A DNA stretch of 57,842 bases, filler included, from Streblomastix strix (lineage: Eukaryota), in assembly GCA_008636045.1 (NCBI GenBank). It is 2 parts of 2 records of this genome, joined end to end, with 100 filler letters (N's around TTAATTAATTAA, not from the genome) between each part and the next. Parts side by side here need not be neighbours in the genome. Positions count along the whole stretch, not along the records: positions 1 to 28,890 come from SNRW01000111.1; 1 more part is not named here. The stretch is one strand, 5' to 3'. Positions 1 to 14,239 of the stretch are shown one piece after another; the first letter of the stretch is position 1; each line of letters opens with the position of its first letter. Below the pieces are notes generated by a model. It was not told the DNA's origin, did no database searches, and saw only the letters and a list, made by a program, of their open reading frames with translations. The position numbers were made by a program, and so were the translations under genes.

Positions 1-349
1 TAAAAATTTTGAATTCAACCTATTTTTTATATTACATTTAAATATTGTAGGATGATAGCAGCTGTCAAATAAATGCTATTCAAAACAAATTGCTATATAT
101 GCATCAATACTTGCACATCTTTAAAAAGAATTGATTGAAAAGTATGATTCGTCAAAAATAAAAATATCTTAGACGACCTCGTCCGTCATTCGAAATAGGT
201 TTGACGATTTTTAACAGCCCTATTTTAAACTCAACCGCACCTCTGGGTTTCTCACTACCCAGGCCATTATTCGGCCTTCATTCTTTTATTGGAATACAAC
301 CGATCAGTCAATAGGTCAGATCGAAGCAAAACTGCCAAAGATAATCGTA

Positions 350-1680
350 TGATCGACGACGAGAGCGCTATTAAGTTACGTCCAAAAAAAATCCTCAAAA
401 GTAGCCTGAAGCGGATGGCAAGGCGAGTAAGTCACAAGGTCCCTCCATATAGCGCGCTGGAACTTCTGAAGCAATTCCGTTCTGGACTCGTCTGATGCTT
501 GGCTAAAACGTGAACAATGCAGAAGGAAAACACCTCAAGTAGCAACTGAATGCAACTATAAAGCTTTTTGAGAACTACTATGGCAAAAAGGCGTCATAAA
601 TCCTCCAAACTGGCGAACATGCATCAAAATGCTAAAAGGAGCTACTCCTGGGACGCGAATATTTAACTTAGGGGCTTGAAATGAACGGTAGAGGTGCCCC
701 CGAGAGTATTGTAGTATCAGATGCAGAGAAGGAGGTAGAAACAGAACAATTTGCAGTTTTTGTAGAACACTCGCTTGTTGCAGCCACTACAGCACTAGTA
801 CAAGGCGATTTCCAAGCAGCTCAACAGTTCATCCTAATATCACATCATACTGCATGAATTATAAACAAACGAAGCGCAGCTGAGAAGGGAAATGGCCTTA
901 ATTAATCCTTAGTTCCGTTCTGCACTTGGAAATGAAGGTGATGCATTTGGCGTTATCAGCAAAGAATCGGTTGAAAAGATTAAAGAACTACATCAGATAA
1001 AGAAGCTTATTTCAACTCCAACAGAAGAATAACAAACCTCTACTTAAGCAAAATCTGGTACTGATCACACAATTCAGGCTAGCACTTCATCTACACAGAT
1101 ACCTGGAATCCAACAGACGAAGCCAATTTTTCTAGAACCCCAATATCAAGCTTCAAATAATTTTAATAACCAATTTCGATAGAACTACGGACAGAAAAGA
1201 TTCTAATATAACAACTAATAACTTTAATAATATCAGTTCCAAAATTAAAAATAAATGCAGCAGCTAAACCCAAACTATTTGGGCCCATACAAAAGAAACA
1301 AGGCAAGTTTTCCGAGTTCCTATTACTCTCAGTACTTCCTGCAGCTCAATTAGTAAATGTATCACAATTAATTCTAATAAATATCACTGCTTCAACAACC
1401 TTCAATGAATTATTAAACTTAGGCTCAGCAATTGCTCACATAATAAGGCCCACAAACTAATTAGTTCTAACAAAATATAGCAAACCAATCAAGCAACTTT
1501 CAATAGGCTGCATAACACAAATTTCAATTAGAAATCCCGAGTCGTGATGGGGATATAGAAGTTGAAGAAGTGAGTACTGAATCTGAGGTCTCAGCAAATG
1601 AAGATGATAGTGTTGAAGACCAAGATTCTGAATAATGATTAAGATTAATTCAAAAACAATAATCTGACGACATCGAATTC
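350..1680 (+). pseudogene. degenerate gag-like ORF of the DIRS element
   Basis: Coding-like fragments (e.g. EHSLVAATTALVQGDFQAAQQFILISHH) with TGA stops and frameshifts, upstream of RT where DIRS gag normally sits. The identity is positional. Confidence 0.45.
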
Positions 1681-1725
1681 AAACGAATTGAAAGGTGTCT
1701 CAGTTCCTAACAGACTGACAGCAAA

Positions 1726-2810
1726 TTTGGATTTGATTTCCTGGGTAGGAAATTCACTTACCGTGGACTCTCCTTTCGATACAAGAACAGACCTTACATA
1801 TTCAATAAAACTCTTAGGATTGCACTAAAGGAAATCAGGAAAAGATGGATAGTGAAAGTTTCCAATTATACAGATGATATTATTTTTATTCAACCAGATA
1901 ATGAGGAGCTGAAACGGATAAAAATTGGAATTATTTAATTCTTCAAAGATCTAGGATGGAAATTTCAGACTCAAAAGTGCAGAATCCACCCTTCGACAAC
2001 ATTTATTTACCTCGGCTGGGAATGATACTCCTAAATGATGGAAGTGAAAATGCCACATGCAACTAAAAGACTTCTGAAGAATCTACTAAAGCGTAGGATT
2101 CATGTGACTCTTAATTAACAGATAGTCATAGTGAAAGATCTTGCCTCTCTGATAGGTTCACTCAACTACCTACGCTTCTAATTCTTGGACGCTTCCTTCT
2201 ATCTCAATTCTCTCAATCATCTTAAATGTTAAGCTCTGAAAAAAGGGGGATTGGACTGTTCTGTAAAACTAAGTAAGAAAATCCTTGGAAACCTTTTCAT
2301 GTGGTTCAAGACTATTAAGGAGAATCGTCCACGTAGTTTATTAGATCTCAATTCATAGAAAATACTAACTACAGATGCAGCCGAATCAGGCTGGGGAACC
2401 ATATTGCAATGGAAACAGTTCGAATTGATAGATGCCGGATAATAGAACAAGAATTGGCTCTTGAAAAGTAGTAACTAACGCGAGTTGGCAGCAGTTCTTA
2501 TGGTACTTCGAGCCTTTCGTCCACTACTTCAGAGTCAGGAATTCAATTCAATTACTTTGGAAACTGACAACCAAACAGTAGAATACTAATTGAGACGTGG
2601 GAGAGCCAAACCTCCGATGATTTATTTGGTTAGACTGATATCTGAACTACTTCGAGAGATGTAAGTCACTCTATCTACAATACACATCCCGGGCTTACTG
2701 AATCTGAAAGCCGACTCTCTTAGCTGACTCCCATGGAGGGGGGACAACAAGATAAAGACAGAGATCTTCAATGCAATAACAATATTTCTTAAATTCTTCC
2801 CAGTCAATGA
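1726..2810 (+). pseudogene. reverse transcriptase (N-terminally deleted) and RNase H of DIRS type
   Basis: Frame +1 with TAR=Gln: FGFDFLGRKFTYRGLSF, YTDD (1867-1878), FIYLGW, TTDAAESGWG, SNQRELAA, ETDNQTV, HIPGLLNLKADSLS. Premature TGA at 2023 and 2725. Confidence 0.92.
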
Positions 2811-3668
2811 TCCATCCTCCAATCTAAAAGATCACTTAAGCACTGAATAAACTACGAAGAAAACCTTCAACAACCCTGTTCATCTTATCGGACTGGTGCA
2901 TGGATAAGTTCAACCTATTGTTTCATAGGATGCTTTGCTAATTGATACTGTGCACATGACAAATGGTACTCGAAATGGGAAAACATATGAATCAACTGCA
3001 CCATAAGCTCCCACCAGGAAACCTTTTAGCAGTACTGACGACAAGTATGCTGATGGAGAACGCCTCTACTGAAAGTTAGCAGAGCTATCCGGTCTAAATG
3101 ATGTCACCACAAGCTAATTAATATCAGAATCTAACTGGGAGACCTGGAGAAAAAGATAATCTGAGCTATTAACTGGTCGGTTGTATCCCAATAAAAAGAA
3201 TGAAGGCCTCATTAACGGCTAGGTTGTTTTAAAATCATTTTCTGTCTATTCTATAAATTATTGAATAATTTAATAATGATAAGCATTTAAATTTAGTCAA
3301 TGTTATATTTCTAAACTAATTAATATATATATATATATATTTATAGAAATATTAGCTGAAAAAAGAGTTTTGATATTTATCAAATTTTATATAATTGAAT
3401 ACTTTATTTTTACATTAAAATCTATATAAATAAAATATTCTCTTCCAAATTTAATTAAACATAAATATATAAAAAGGTATTTATCCAGTAAATTAAAAAT
3501 TAAAAAAAAATCATGTTTTGTTAAGCAATTATAAATGAAAATTTATTTTTTTATAAATTGCTATATTCATATAAGAAATTGGATATGTCGGTACCCAAAT
3601 AATACAATATTATTGGCGGATTTTTTGGACTTGGTGAATTTGTCTTGCTTGACATTATATTTGAGATT

Positions 3669-4215
3669 AGTAGTAGTTATATATGGTGACTTATGCCCCA
3701 ACTTCAAAAAGTATTCAGTTTTATAAAAATTTTCCACTCCGACATTTTATAAGCTCAGACCTTATAATTTGCATTGTTTCGCCTACACTTTTTTTTGATA
3801 AAAAATGTCATAGACTTAAAAAATGAATTACATGGTTTTTTATAAAGACTAATACCCTTGAAGTTGAAGCATAAATTCCTATATAATATGTGCATAATAA
3901 TCAATGTCAAATTTCTTATATAAACCTTTTTTATAGAATAATTTAAATAAATAATTAACGGTTAAAAAAAACTTTTTAAAATGTATCTCCAATAAGCCAA
4001 GGCTATCAATTTATAATAATATATGGTACTCTTTAGAGCGCAAACTATGGTTGTAGCAAATAATTAATACACATAAATTTTATATTAATTATTGCATAGA
4101 ATTTTAACGTAAAATGACATAGCCACGAATCGTTCCAGGAGTTCCAAGTGTTCCAGGTAAAAATTTGCCATAAAAAAATGCTGCAAGAGTGCCAGTCTGT
4201 CCAAATATTTTTCCT
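3669..4215 (+). repeat. left terminal inverted repeat of the Polinton-like element
   Basis: Several blocks are reverse complements of 45125-45557, e.g. CAACTTCAAAAAGTATTCAGTTTTATAAAAA vs TTTTTATAAAACTGAATACTTTTTGAAGTTG, AATACCCTTGAAGTT vs AACTTCAAGGGTATT, and AAAATGACATAGCC vs GGCTATGTCATTTT. Confidence 0.88.
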
Positions 4216-4462
4216 TGATGAATGGCTTATATAATTTGGATAAAATAATTTAATATATAATAAATGTAATAATTAATTATAAAATTCATTTACGATAAGT
4301 CTTTCAAAGTCGATAAAATAAAACTATAAGATTTTATAAGAAATTTACATTTTCATTTTAAAACACATTTTAGTATGAACAATTAGGAAGAAATGTTCAA
4401 AAAAAACTATATCCTAATGGTATAAAATTTACTTGGATAATTTCACGAAATACCACGTTGAA

Positions 4463-5420
4463 TGAATAAAACAAACAACAAAGCCATAAACTAAGCATAA
4501 ATAGTAGTAAGAACCTGAGCGAATGATAAATATATTTCGTAGTAAAATTTAAAATAAAAATGATGTACTATAAGATATAAAAATAATTCCATTATAAAAA
4601 TACTAAAGACCATATTTTTCACCAGAGTTTGGGAGCTGGGAAATTGATATAATTTTTGTAATGAACCAAACGACAAATAAAATTGTATAATAATATTTGT
4701 TTTGCATCAATATTAATACCAAATTTTTGGTTGTATTTCATCTAAAAGATAAAGCAACAAATGAACTACTAAGATATAAAGCAGCTTATAGTGGACTAAA
4801 ATGTTAATAATATTCATTCTTATGGTGATACTGCGTTAGGTAGCAAACAAATCAAGTAGTTTTTAAAAGGAAATAATATAAAATATTTCTTTAATTCTTC
4901 ACCTTTCAAAACAAAAATCGGATTGTTGATTCATTAGTAAAAACAATAAGAAACGTATTTGAAAGTGACCCTTAGCTAATGGCTAATAGCAAATAAATAT
5001 AGCATGTAGTCGATGAATATAACAACACAATAAATAACGCTTTAAAGCTTTAAAAATAATCTTTTACCCCTTCATAAGTCAACGATAATGAAGATTTAGA
5101 AGGTATATTTATACGTAAGAAAATGGAGTAGTTAAAAAATATAAAGGACTTATAAAACAAAAACAAACAGCTAGATTTAACAAAAGGTAATATAATAAAG
5201 ATACATTTGGGTCTATCAAAAATACCTAATGGAATTCAAAAGAAAATAAGGTAATTTAATGAGATAACAACATTTATAAAATGTGAGCATGGTAATGTTA
5301 TATTTGAGTTGTTAAAATCGTATAAAGATATAAAAATAGTTTAAGTTCCCGTATATTACACGCATAAAGTTGTTGACAATATTGATGTATTACTTGGAAA
5401 ATATAAAAGCACTTTATAAT
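4463..5420 (+). pseudogene. retroviral-like (rve/DDE) integrase of Polinton type, frameshifted
   Basis: RPYFSPEFGSWEIDIIF, YLFCININTKFLVV, NNIHSYGD, KNRIVDSLVKTIRN, EYNNTIN and FTP occur in the expected order across frameshifts. Confidence 0.8.
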
Positions 5421-5451
5421 TAATTTAATTTATTTTTTATTAGAATATTAA

Positions 5452-5763
5452 ATGGAAGATATTGAAATTGTAAAATAAACTTTAAAAGCTGGAAGACCTA
5501 AGAAATATTAAGCAGAAAATTTAGCAAAAAATATAACAAGGAAATAACACAAAGAATATAAAGCTAGAAAAAGTGAAGAGTTAAAAAAGTTTAATCTATT
5601 AGCTTCTAAACTATAAATATAAATAATAAAATTATTAAGTAAAATAGTGCTATATAACGAAGATATAATAAAAATTAAAGATATGATACAAAAGACAATA
5701 AAATAAGACGAAGTCCTAAAAGATGGCGTTTTATTTAAAAATGAAGCACTTTCTTTATCATGA
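5452..5763 (+). CDS. small basic viral protein (103 aa) with an AT-hook-like GRPKK motif
   Basis: Open from ATG to TGA with TAR=Gln: MEDIEIVKQTLKAGRPKKY... Confidence 0.6.
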
Positions 5764-6822
5764 CTTTTTTTTCTTATTTTTGCGGTACTTATTCTTTAAT
5801 TATTTTTATGCTTCTAAGGACTTTTGTAACTAGCTTGTTGGTATATAATTATTATGTTTTGGTGGCCTAATCAATCTGTCTTCTTTCAGTATTAAATCCT
5901 TCTTTGTTTGTAAATAAAACTATCCTTCTTCATTCATGAAATATCCAATTTTTTTATAGCATATGGAGTTTTGCTATTATACTGATTTACAGGGTTTTTT
6001 CCCCAATTTAATCCATTTGTAAAATATTCTACAGTCTTTTGTGTTTGTACGTTATCAAACTATAAAATTTACCCTTCAACTTCCTTTTCTCTCTAATAGT
6101 GTCGTTACTTATATATTGGACTTATTTGCTGTTATTAATCAGTAAAATTATTTTGTTGGTAATCAAACGCATCAGGTGTATTATCAAGGCCCTACTATTA
6201 ATAAATATTGCCTTTTTCCTTTTCTTTTCCTTTTCTTAATGAGCTCCATACATAAATTGTATCAAATCATCTTCTTCACGAACGTCTTTTGGTAGTGGTA
6301 TAGTATGTGATGATGGTTAAGGAATTACATGACTTCCTATATCATTTGCTATTTCATTTACTCTAGCACTTATACATAGGGACTAATCACTCATGTCTGC
6401 GTTTATATAAACACCTGCAAATGGATCATGAACACCGAGTATATACAAATTTAATTCTTTATAATATTGTATCAAATCATTAGGGTCAAACCCATTAAAA
6501 TGTCTTTACCTTCTTTTTATCCCTTTCATGCTTTCAAAAGCTGCTTCTATATCTCCATGGGTAATTATAAGGTCATACTATCTTACTTATTAAATTATAT
6601 CTTTCCGGTACCTACTACTACCAGCACCTAATTTTTTAACAGCATCCGATAGTTTTAACTCATTTAATATATATGGTACTTTATTTACATATTTAGGTTA
6701 AACTTTTTAACACTTATGTGTATATGGTTCTTTTGTGTTAATAAATTTATTATCGGTTTTAGATTAATTTTATTACTAATTGAATGTTTTTGTTTAACAA
6801 GTGCAATTTTCTTTGGTAGCAT
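5740..6822 (-). pseudogene. degenerate viral ORF of unknown function with a basic C-terminus
   Basis: Minus-strand coding-like stretches (YDLIITHGDIEAAFESMKG, GVHDPFAGVYINAD) interrupted by frameshifts. Confidence 0.45.
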
Positions 6823-6875
6823 TTTATTTTGCTTAAAATTATGTATTATTATTTATATTTTTAATAACGAACAAA

Positions 6876-8790
6876 TGGCATAACAACACATATTTTGTGA
6901 AATAATCATAATAATATCAAGTTTCTTACTTATTATTTCCTAACTATCCACGCTTAAAATTAATTGATTTGTTTGTTTTATTTTTATTTATTATGGTTTC
7001 ACGCTAATGGTCATTGATAATGCCATCCCGATAGATATTGAAAATAACATGTGATGAATATATGGTTTATGCAAAGTTTCTAAATTCATTAGTATCTGTA
7101 GCAACAAAGGCTCCAACAGAAATAGAACTATGTTTTTTATAGCGATAATTTAATAAACGATTTAAAATGGACTAGTTAAAAGAAATAGTAGCTATAGCAT
7201 AAGAAAATCGCCAAAATGCTGTTATGAAGCTATTTGAATATTCGCCATGACATTATTTTTGATAATAAAATGAGCGTAATAGGTTAGCAAATTATTAGCT
7301 CTGACTCCGATAAGGATTTAGTACAGTTGGACACAACTATTTAAAGTGGTTTTAAAGCTTTAAAGTTAATAGCATTTATTACATACCTATTAATCTAAAA
7401 TTTTATTTAAATGATGATTATATCGAAATATTGCATAATATTATATCTTCAGATGTGATGAAAATATACTAGGAAACAGATATATCAAATGACACTTTTA
7501 AGCTATAACTTATAGACAAATTACCTCCTATAATATTAAACATGAATACAGCTAATTATAATTATTTTACAAGCGACGAGACTAAATAAAAATATAAATA
7601 TATGTCTATAGTATTAGCCCTACCTTTAGCCATTATAATAAGCTTTGTTGATATAAGGTAGTAACATTTTAGAACATAATTAACATTGAATAGGGTAGCA
7701 ATTTACTTTAATAATCGCATGAATTTGCACACACAAAAACTATAAAATAACGCTTACAAGTTAAATACAAATTATGGTTAAGATGTTGTTAGCTCAGCAA
7801 TTAATTACTATAATTTTAAGGATTGAAGCATTTTAATATAAGTATTAGATACTAGACACAACCGCACATGTAGCATTTCGAACTATAGGGTTAATTCGAT
7901 TATATTGTCCTACAACAAATAACTACATAACATCTATAGAGCTAAAACAATTTGGAGCATAAAATGGCTTAGCAGTTTGATAATTATTTGGCAAGTAAAT
8001 AGATATAAACCCCAATGGAACTTTTATATCATAAGATGTATGACCCACTAATGTATAGCAACAAATAATGCAGTAAATTATTAATAATATACATACGTTT
8101 CCAGTAAGGTTAATTTGTTCCTTACCTGCACTATATACAACTGAATGACAAATAATTTATAACTTATTTGATACAAAAAGTTTTTATGGCTACTTTATCC
8201 CATATATTATAAGCGATTATATCAAGACATTACACACTTACTGGTTTGCTAATAGAATAATTTTATCACCTAATTTGTATATATAACTGGCTGGTACATA
8301 AAACTTATATGATGGACTAAGTGAAAATGGAACTAATCAAGTTAAAAAATTATCATCTGCTATTAAGTAAATAGACTTAGATATATGGCTCTACTAAATA
8401 AAAATTGATATTTAATATATTAAAACAGATTTACCAATTTTTTGCCCATATTTTGGTAATTTTCTTGAATATCCTTAGAATATAATAATTAGTCTATCAA
8501 ACTAGCTATAAAACATAACCCTTTAATCTATTGGTGGTAACGGTTTTTCAAATGTATGCTTTAAATAAAACTTGGTTGATGCTGCGGTATTATGGGGGTA
8601 AAACATGATGTCATAGTAGTATTTGATAGGTTAAAATATGTCCCTAGTATTTACTTTACTCAACAATTTTAGCAAAAAAATATGTATGCAATATGTGTAT
8701 AAATACAATAATTTACTACTAGAAATATAGTACTAATGAAAAAGTGGTTCGAAGATAACCGCAATGGCTAATCTTTTATCATTAATTGTG
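6876..8790 (+). pseudogene. degenerate viral ORF(s), possibly the minor capsid/penton (unconfirmed)
   Basis: Long broken coding region. Its 3' part (TDLPIFCPY.GNFLEYP...GNGFSNV.FKQNLVDA) is conserved with 28991-29330 of copy B. The function is a guess by elimination. Confidence 0.35.
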
Positions 8791-9244
8791 GTGAAATATT
8801 TTATATTTCTTTTTTATAATAAATGGATAAAATAATTAAAGTTATGACGACCTTTGAACTTTTGTTTCTTATATATGAAACAGCATTATATGATATAATA
8901 AGGTTTGGAAAACAGTTATAAAATCTATCATATTATACTAAATAATGTGAAGGAACAATAGGAGTTAATTTGCATACCACTATTTATACAATTGATGAAG
9001 TGGTGAATAATGCAAACGAACAGATAAGACATTATACAAAAATGATGGAAAACCACCTGGAAACTATAAACATTGTATATTATGCTTATCCATAATTATG
9101 GTAGGAGTTTTATAGTTTTATTGAAAAGCATTAAATAATTTTGAAACTGTGATTTTTTAATAGTCTTACCACATTTTTTCCTGTTAAAATAAGCATATTT
9201 ATTTCTACTTCCAAAATTATTTTTACACATTTTAATTTTAAATA

Positions 9245-12200
9245 ATAGCCCGCCTACACAAATAATAACTAATAGAATTAATAAAAATTTATAAGCTTAA
9301 TTTCGATGAAAACTAAAAGTTCCACAATTAAAAGAAAAATTGGACAGTTATTTATCTTTTCGCCATTATAATTAAATAAAAAGTAATTATCGTAAAATCG
9401 GCAAATTTATAACAGAACAGTTAGCCGCAAGTCATGCATATACCTAACGAATAAAAGAATTAGGAATATATCGTAGATAAATTTAAGCTTAAATTAATAG
9501 AAAGGCATAATATGACTAGAATTTATAAAAATATAGAAGAAAATAAGAACAATAAGAAGCAGATGTATTTTGGACTAATTACCAAAAATAATAAGCCGAA
9601 GAAGCAAAACGATTAATGAATGAAGAACATGATTTGATGCTTTTATAAGAGTCAAAGAAATTTACAAAACCGGATAATTTTAAAGAAATATAAGAGCATT
9701 TTATGATTCTTTTATATTTTAAAAAGCTAATAAATGAACTAAGAAATATATGATAAAATATAAAAATATGAAGGGTAATAAATTAATCAAACCGAGCATT
9801 AGCACTGAGTTAATTATGAAAGCTAAACCCTATAATCATTTCCACCAAATGAAGATGAAAAATTTGCTTTAGAAGTTAGACATGCATGTTAATGGTTTTA
9901 AAATGAAAGAGAACTCATAGCCAGCGATTGCATAAGTCCAATTTATTAAGAAAATTACATAGATTTTTGTGGGATAAAATAGAAGAATTTGTTGAAAAGT
10001 GTTATAATAATTAAGACCATAGAGCTTTTAAAATACTATTTAATTTTCGTATTATAGTGGAAGAGTTAAATCTTGATAAAAATGGTAATGAAGTTGTTAA
10101 TTATAAATATTTCTTGTCAATAGAAGCAACAACCTAAACGCATACACCAAAGAATATATAAAAACACGAAGATATAGAAGAATACAAACAATATATTAAA
10201 GCAGAAATTATTGTCATTTAAAAATATAATCTGGATAGTACAAAAGATCGTCAGATAGCAATTTATTCTATGACAATTAAAGTATTTAAGTTGTAAAAGG
10301 TAGTGACTTGGGCTAGAGTGAAATAATTGATTTAAAAACACAGGGATGCACTTAGGAAAGTTTTATATAAAAATGATGGAGATTATAATATGTATTATAT
10401 GGAAATACTATCCAGAGCATTAAATCATGATAAACGCAAGGCTGATCGAGACGCCAATAAAAAACGACACCACTCAAATTCGATTATAGGCATTAGTCGT
10501 TAGTATCTTGGTAAGATATTAAACCTACCTTTCAATTCAAAAAGTAGAAAAATGAACGAATTTTTAAAAACGTTTGAAGGTTTAGTATTTGAAAAAATAT
10601 GGTAATGTTAAATCGCAAAAGTTCAAGATTAATTAGAATATATTCTTTTATGGTAATGAGCACAAAGTATATTATTTAGGTTAGATGGTCATATATGTTG
10701 ATGAGGAGCCAGATCAAGACTAAACGAATGAACAATAAAATGATATTCCAACCGTTGATATATTAATCGTTCAGGAAGAAATTGGCGGAAAATTAGAGCA
10801 ACACGCTTTTGCTATCATTAACAAAGAAGCATTAACTGGATTAAAATTTTGTCCATTTTGCTAATCATAAAAATTTGATACCAAAAGCCTACACTTCCTA
10901 AGAAACTATGAAAAACATATTAAATAGTGTGAATAAAATGGTGGTAAAATAATTTAAAATATTAATTTGGATCATATCTGAAAACCTTTTTGCCCATATG
11001 TCACATAAAACAAAACATACTAGTACCTATTAGCGTATGGAAGATAAAAAGAATTTAAACCGACATAATAGTATATAACATATGACTTTGAAATGTTGGA
11101 AAAAATTGTTAATAAATAATTTGGCAAATCAAGCAAATATATATCCGAATTTGTGCCTTTATTTATTTCTTTTTCTATTAAAATAAACAAGATATTCTTA
11201 CAGTATATTTTGACTTGCAAAATGGAGATGATTTTATAACACAATGATTAAAGCAGGTGTTCAATGAGGCAGTCATCATATAGTAAGATAACCAATATGA
11301 CACACCTGCTGGGACCATTGATAAAAACATGCAATATAATGTGTAGGTCCCTATAATTAGATTCAACAGTTCAAAGTTTGATTTTTCGCTAATTTTCAAA
11401 AAATTATATTGTGCTGATTGGTTTATAAAAAGTTATATTGGCAGTTCAAGAGTAGCCAAGCAATTATTTGTTTAACATAAGCACCTGAACGTCAAGCTGA
11501 AATTTATTGACGTACTGACTTATTACGTATAAATTATTTTAGAAGAATTTGCTAAAACATTCAGTTCGGAAATTAAAGCATAAAAATGCATATTTGCTTA
11601 TGAATATATAAACAGTGATAACTACAATGAAATTTTAAACTAGTCAGAAACATTTAATAATTAAATATTCAATTAAATACTAAAAATTACTTCAATGAAG
11701 TAAGAAGATTATTACTAATAGGTGAAAGATGCGATAAATTTTAAAACTGATAGGAAAACCTTTAATATTATAACGAAAAAGACACTAAAATAATGGGAGC
11801 ATCAATTGACGCTTTGATGTAAATGTGTGTGAAGTTCGACTTCGATATGTTTAGTTTTGTGTCAATGGCTGCTTGTGCAAATGCAACTAAACTTGCATTA
11901 GCTTATAAAAAATTTATTGTAAATGGTTATTATCCAAATTAAATTGATAATTCGCCTAAGTTAGTTTTATGATAGATACATTGGAATAGTAAAGCGTATT
12001 ATTATAAAATATAGGATTTGCAACAAAAAAGAGATACAAATAAAAACATTAAATATTCAGATTTCGAATATTTCAAACAATGATTTCAAGGCAATAATGA
12101 TGCGATTTGTGGCGATGAATTTGCACTAAACAGTAAGACAACATTAGATCGAATCGATATTAAAAAGGGACACTCAAAGGATAATGTTTAACCGTGTTGT

Positions 12201-13840
12201 TTGTATTGAAATACCTTTTGCTCGAATAAAGACAAAAACATTCAAAAATAATTCATTTAATTAAGGAGATTTTGCAGCTTTAACCACTTATCAACTAATT
12301 TGACAGACATCGATGTTTATAAACTAATCAGGTTATGCGAAGCTGGTGGCTTGTCTAACGTGATGCATCAGGTTAATATTGCATTAGAAAATTTTATAAA
12401 GAAATTTTGGTGTAACAAAGAGACAAAAACAATAACGGTTTTAACATCTGACCGTAGAATAATGCATATAATAGGAATAGATTTCAACTCGTTATATCCT
12501 AGTTTTATGTTATTGGAACCTCATAAATTCATCAAATATACAGATATTAAGATGTATATGCCTGGGTCAGTAATTGGTAAAATATTGAATAATTCCGTAG
12601 AAAATAGGTAAAAAATACTTGATATTATAAATAACTAAAATAGATTTAATAACAAAAGACAATTAATTATAGCAGAAATAAAGCGAAATATTGATGAAAA
12701 TTATTTGAATGATGACATTAATTTCCCACCAATATTAAGGAATTATGAGTTTATGATTAATGAAGAAACAATAAGCAAATACATGTACTAGCACATGAAA
12801 GATCGCGGAATTAAAACAGATTAAAATAGTGGAAACTGACAAATTTGTTATCTATCATGGATGGCTACATGTCATTTTCAAGTTAATATTTATGGTTTTT
12901 AATTGATGACTGCTATTTTATAATTAATGATCTTAAACTGTTGGTTTTGTTTGATAAACATGACAAGTTTAATGCATTTGTGAAAGAATTTACAAGCCAA
13001 CGAATTTAAGCAAAAATTGAAGGGTAAAAGATTTATAACAATTTTGTAAAATCAATATGAATAGCTCGTATGGAAATGATGGCATGAACACTGAGAAATA
13101 TTCAAATATAAAAATATTGAATGAAAAACAAGCCATTTAAGCTAATTTGACGAATAGTTTTATGAATGGTTAGAAACTAAGCGATGATGTTTATGTTTCA
13201 TAAATTAATCCAGAGACATGCGCATGTAAAACTGCTTTATAAGTTGTATATTTTACACTAGACAATGCAAAGTATTTGTACCTATATTTTATTTAAAATT
13301 ACATGTATTAGTGTTTGGATATGAATAAGTTATATTTTGTTGAAGGAAATACTGATTCAGCTTATTGGGCGGTATCTGGCGATGAAGATGCATGATATAA
13401 ACAATAATATAAACATATTATAAAAAATTAATAGTTTTATGATGAAAATGATAAATATTTCTTTCCAACGTTTGAAGGTGATTTGTTGGATGAGAAGAAA
13501 ATTTTAGGGCTAGCTGCAGAACAAGAATGTACAGAAATGATAGCATTTGCACCCAAAAACTATTTTATAAAAATTGATGATAAAGAAAAAAATAAAATTA
13601 AAAGGTGTCAATCTATCAACTAGTAAAATAACTAAAGACTAAATAATGGATAGCAAAACCAATGGAACAATAACCAAATGTACAAATATGCTGCTCGGAT
13701 AGAAGAATTACCAAAAGAGCAAATTATCCACAGAAAAAAATGGTATTACAGGAATACATACAAAAATGGTGAGTTTGAAAGATGAATGATGTTTTCCATT
13801 TATATTAAGTTTGAAAGCAACCGATTATATGGAATAATGA
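9245..13840 (+). pseudogene. protein-primed family B DNA polymerase (pPolB), copy A
   Basis: YDFE (Exo I), FNSSKFDF (Exo II), HIIGIDFNSLYPS, KINMNSSYG, EGNTDS, APKNY. Start codon mutated, many frameshifts and TGAs. Confidence 0.93.
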
Positions 13841-13851
13841 AAAAAATAAAA

Positions 13852-14017
13852 ATCAAACCGGTTATTTTTATAGATATTTTAATAGTTTAAAGTATAAAAT
13901 AGAGCTAAAATGTTATGCTAATTCCAAGTCTTTACTAATAATGGCATCATTCAAAATTTATTCTATTTATTCAACGGTTAGCTATGACCAGTATATTTAC
14001 GGTTCGTTCTTGCCCAT
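13852..14017 (-). CDS. small viral ORF (~54 aa), conserved in copy B (~34297-34461)
   Basis: MGKNE...ISKDLELAQHF...LL in both copies. Confidence 0.5.
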
Positions 14018-14029
14018 TTTTCTTTTATA

Positions 14030-14222
14030 AAATAATTATGTAACATAAACCGTTATATTTAGTTGTACAAGTATTATATCAAATTAGCCCCATAATTTTT
14101 TATTAAATTAACGGTATCGGTTAATTGCTCAGGAATGGATACAGATAAAACAGTTATAATAAAATTAACACCATAAAATATGTAGTTCATAAGACATATA
14201 AACAAATTCAATAAGTTCTTTT
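14030..14222 (-). CDS. small hydrophobic (putative membrane) viral ORF, head-to-head with the ATPase
   Basis: NLLNLFICLMNYIFYGVNFIITVLSVSIPEQLT, nearly identical in copy B (34480-34665). Confidence 0.5.
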
Positions 14223-14239
14223 TTATTATTTTTAAAAAC

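Larger units (their letters stand above)
223..3234 (+). mobile_element. DIRS-like tyrosine-recombinase retrotransposon, internally deleted and degenerate
   Basis: DIRS-type RT/RNase H motifs inside. Ends form an imperfect inverted repeat: 273-319 GGCCTTCATTCTTTTATTGGAATACAACCGATCAGTCAATAGGTCAG matches the reverse complement of ~3161-3208, and both ends carry TTTTAAA..CAACC. Confidence 0.85.
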
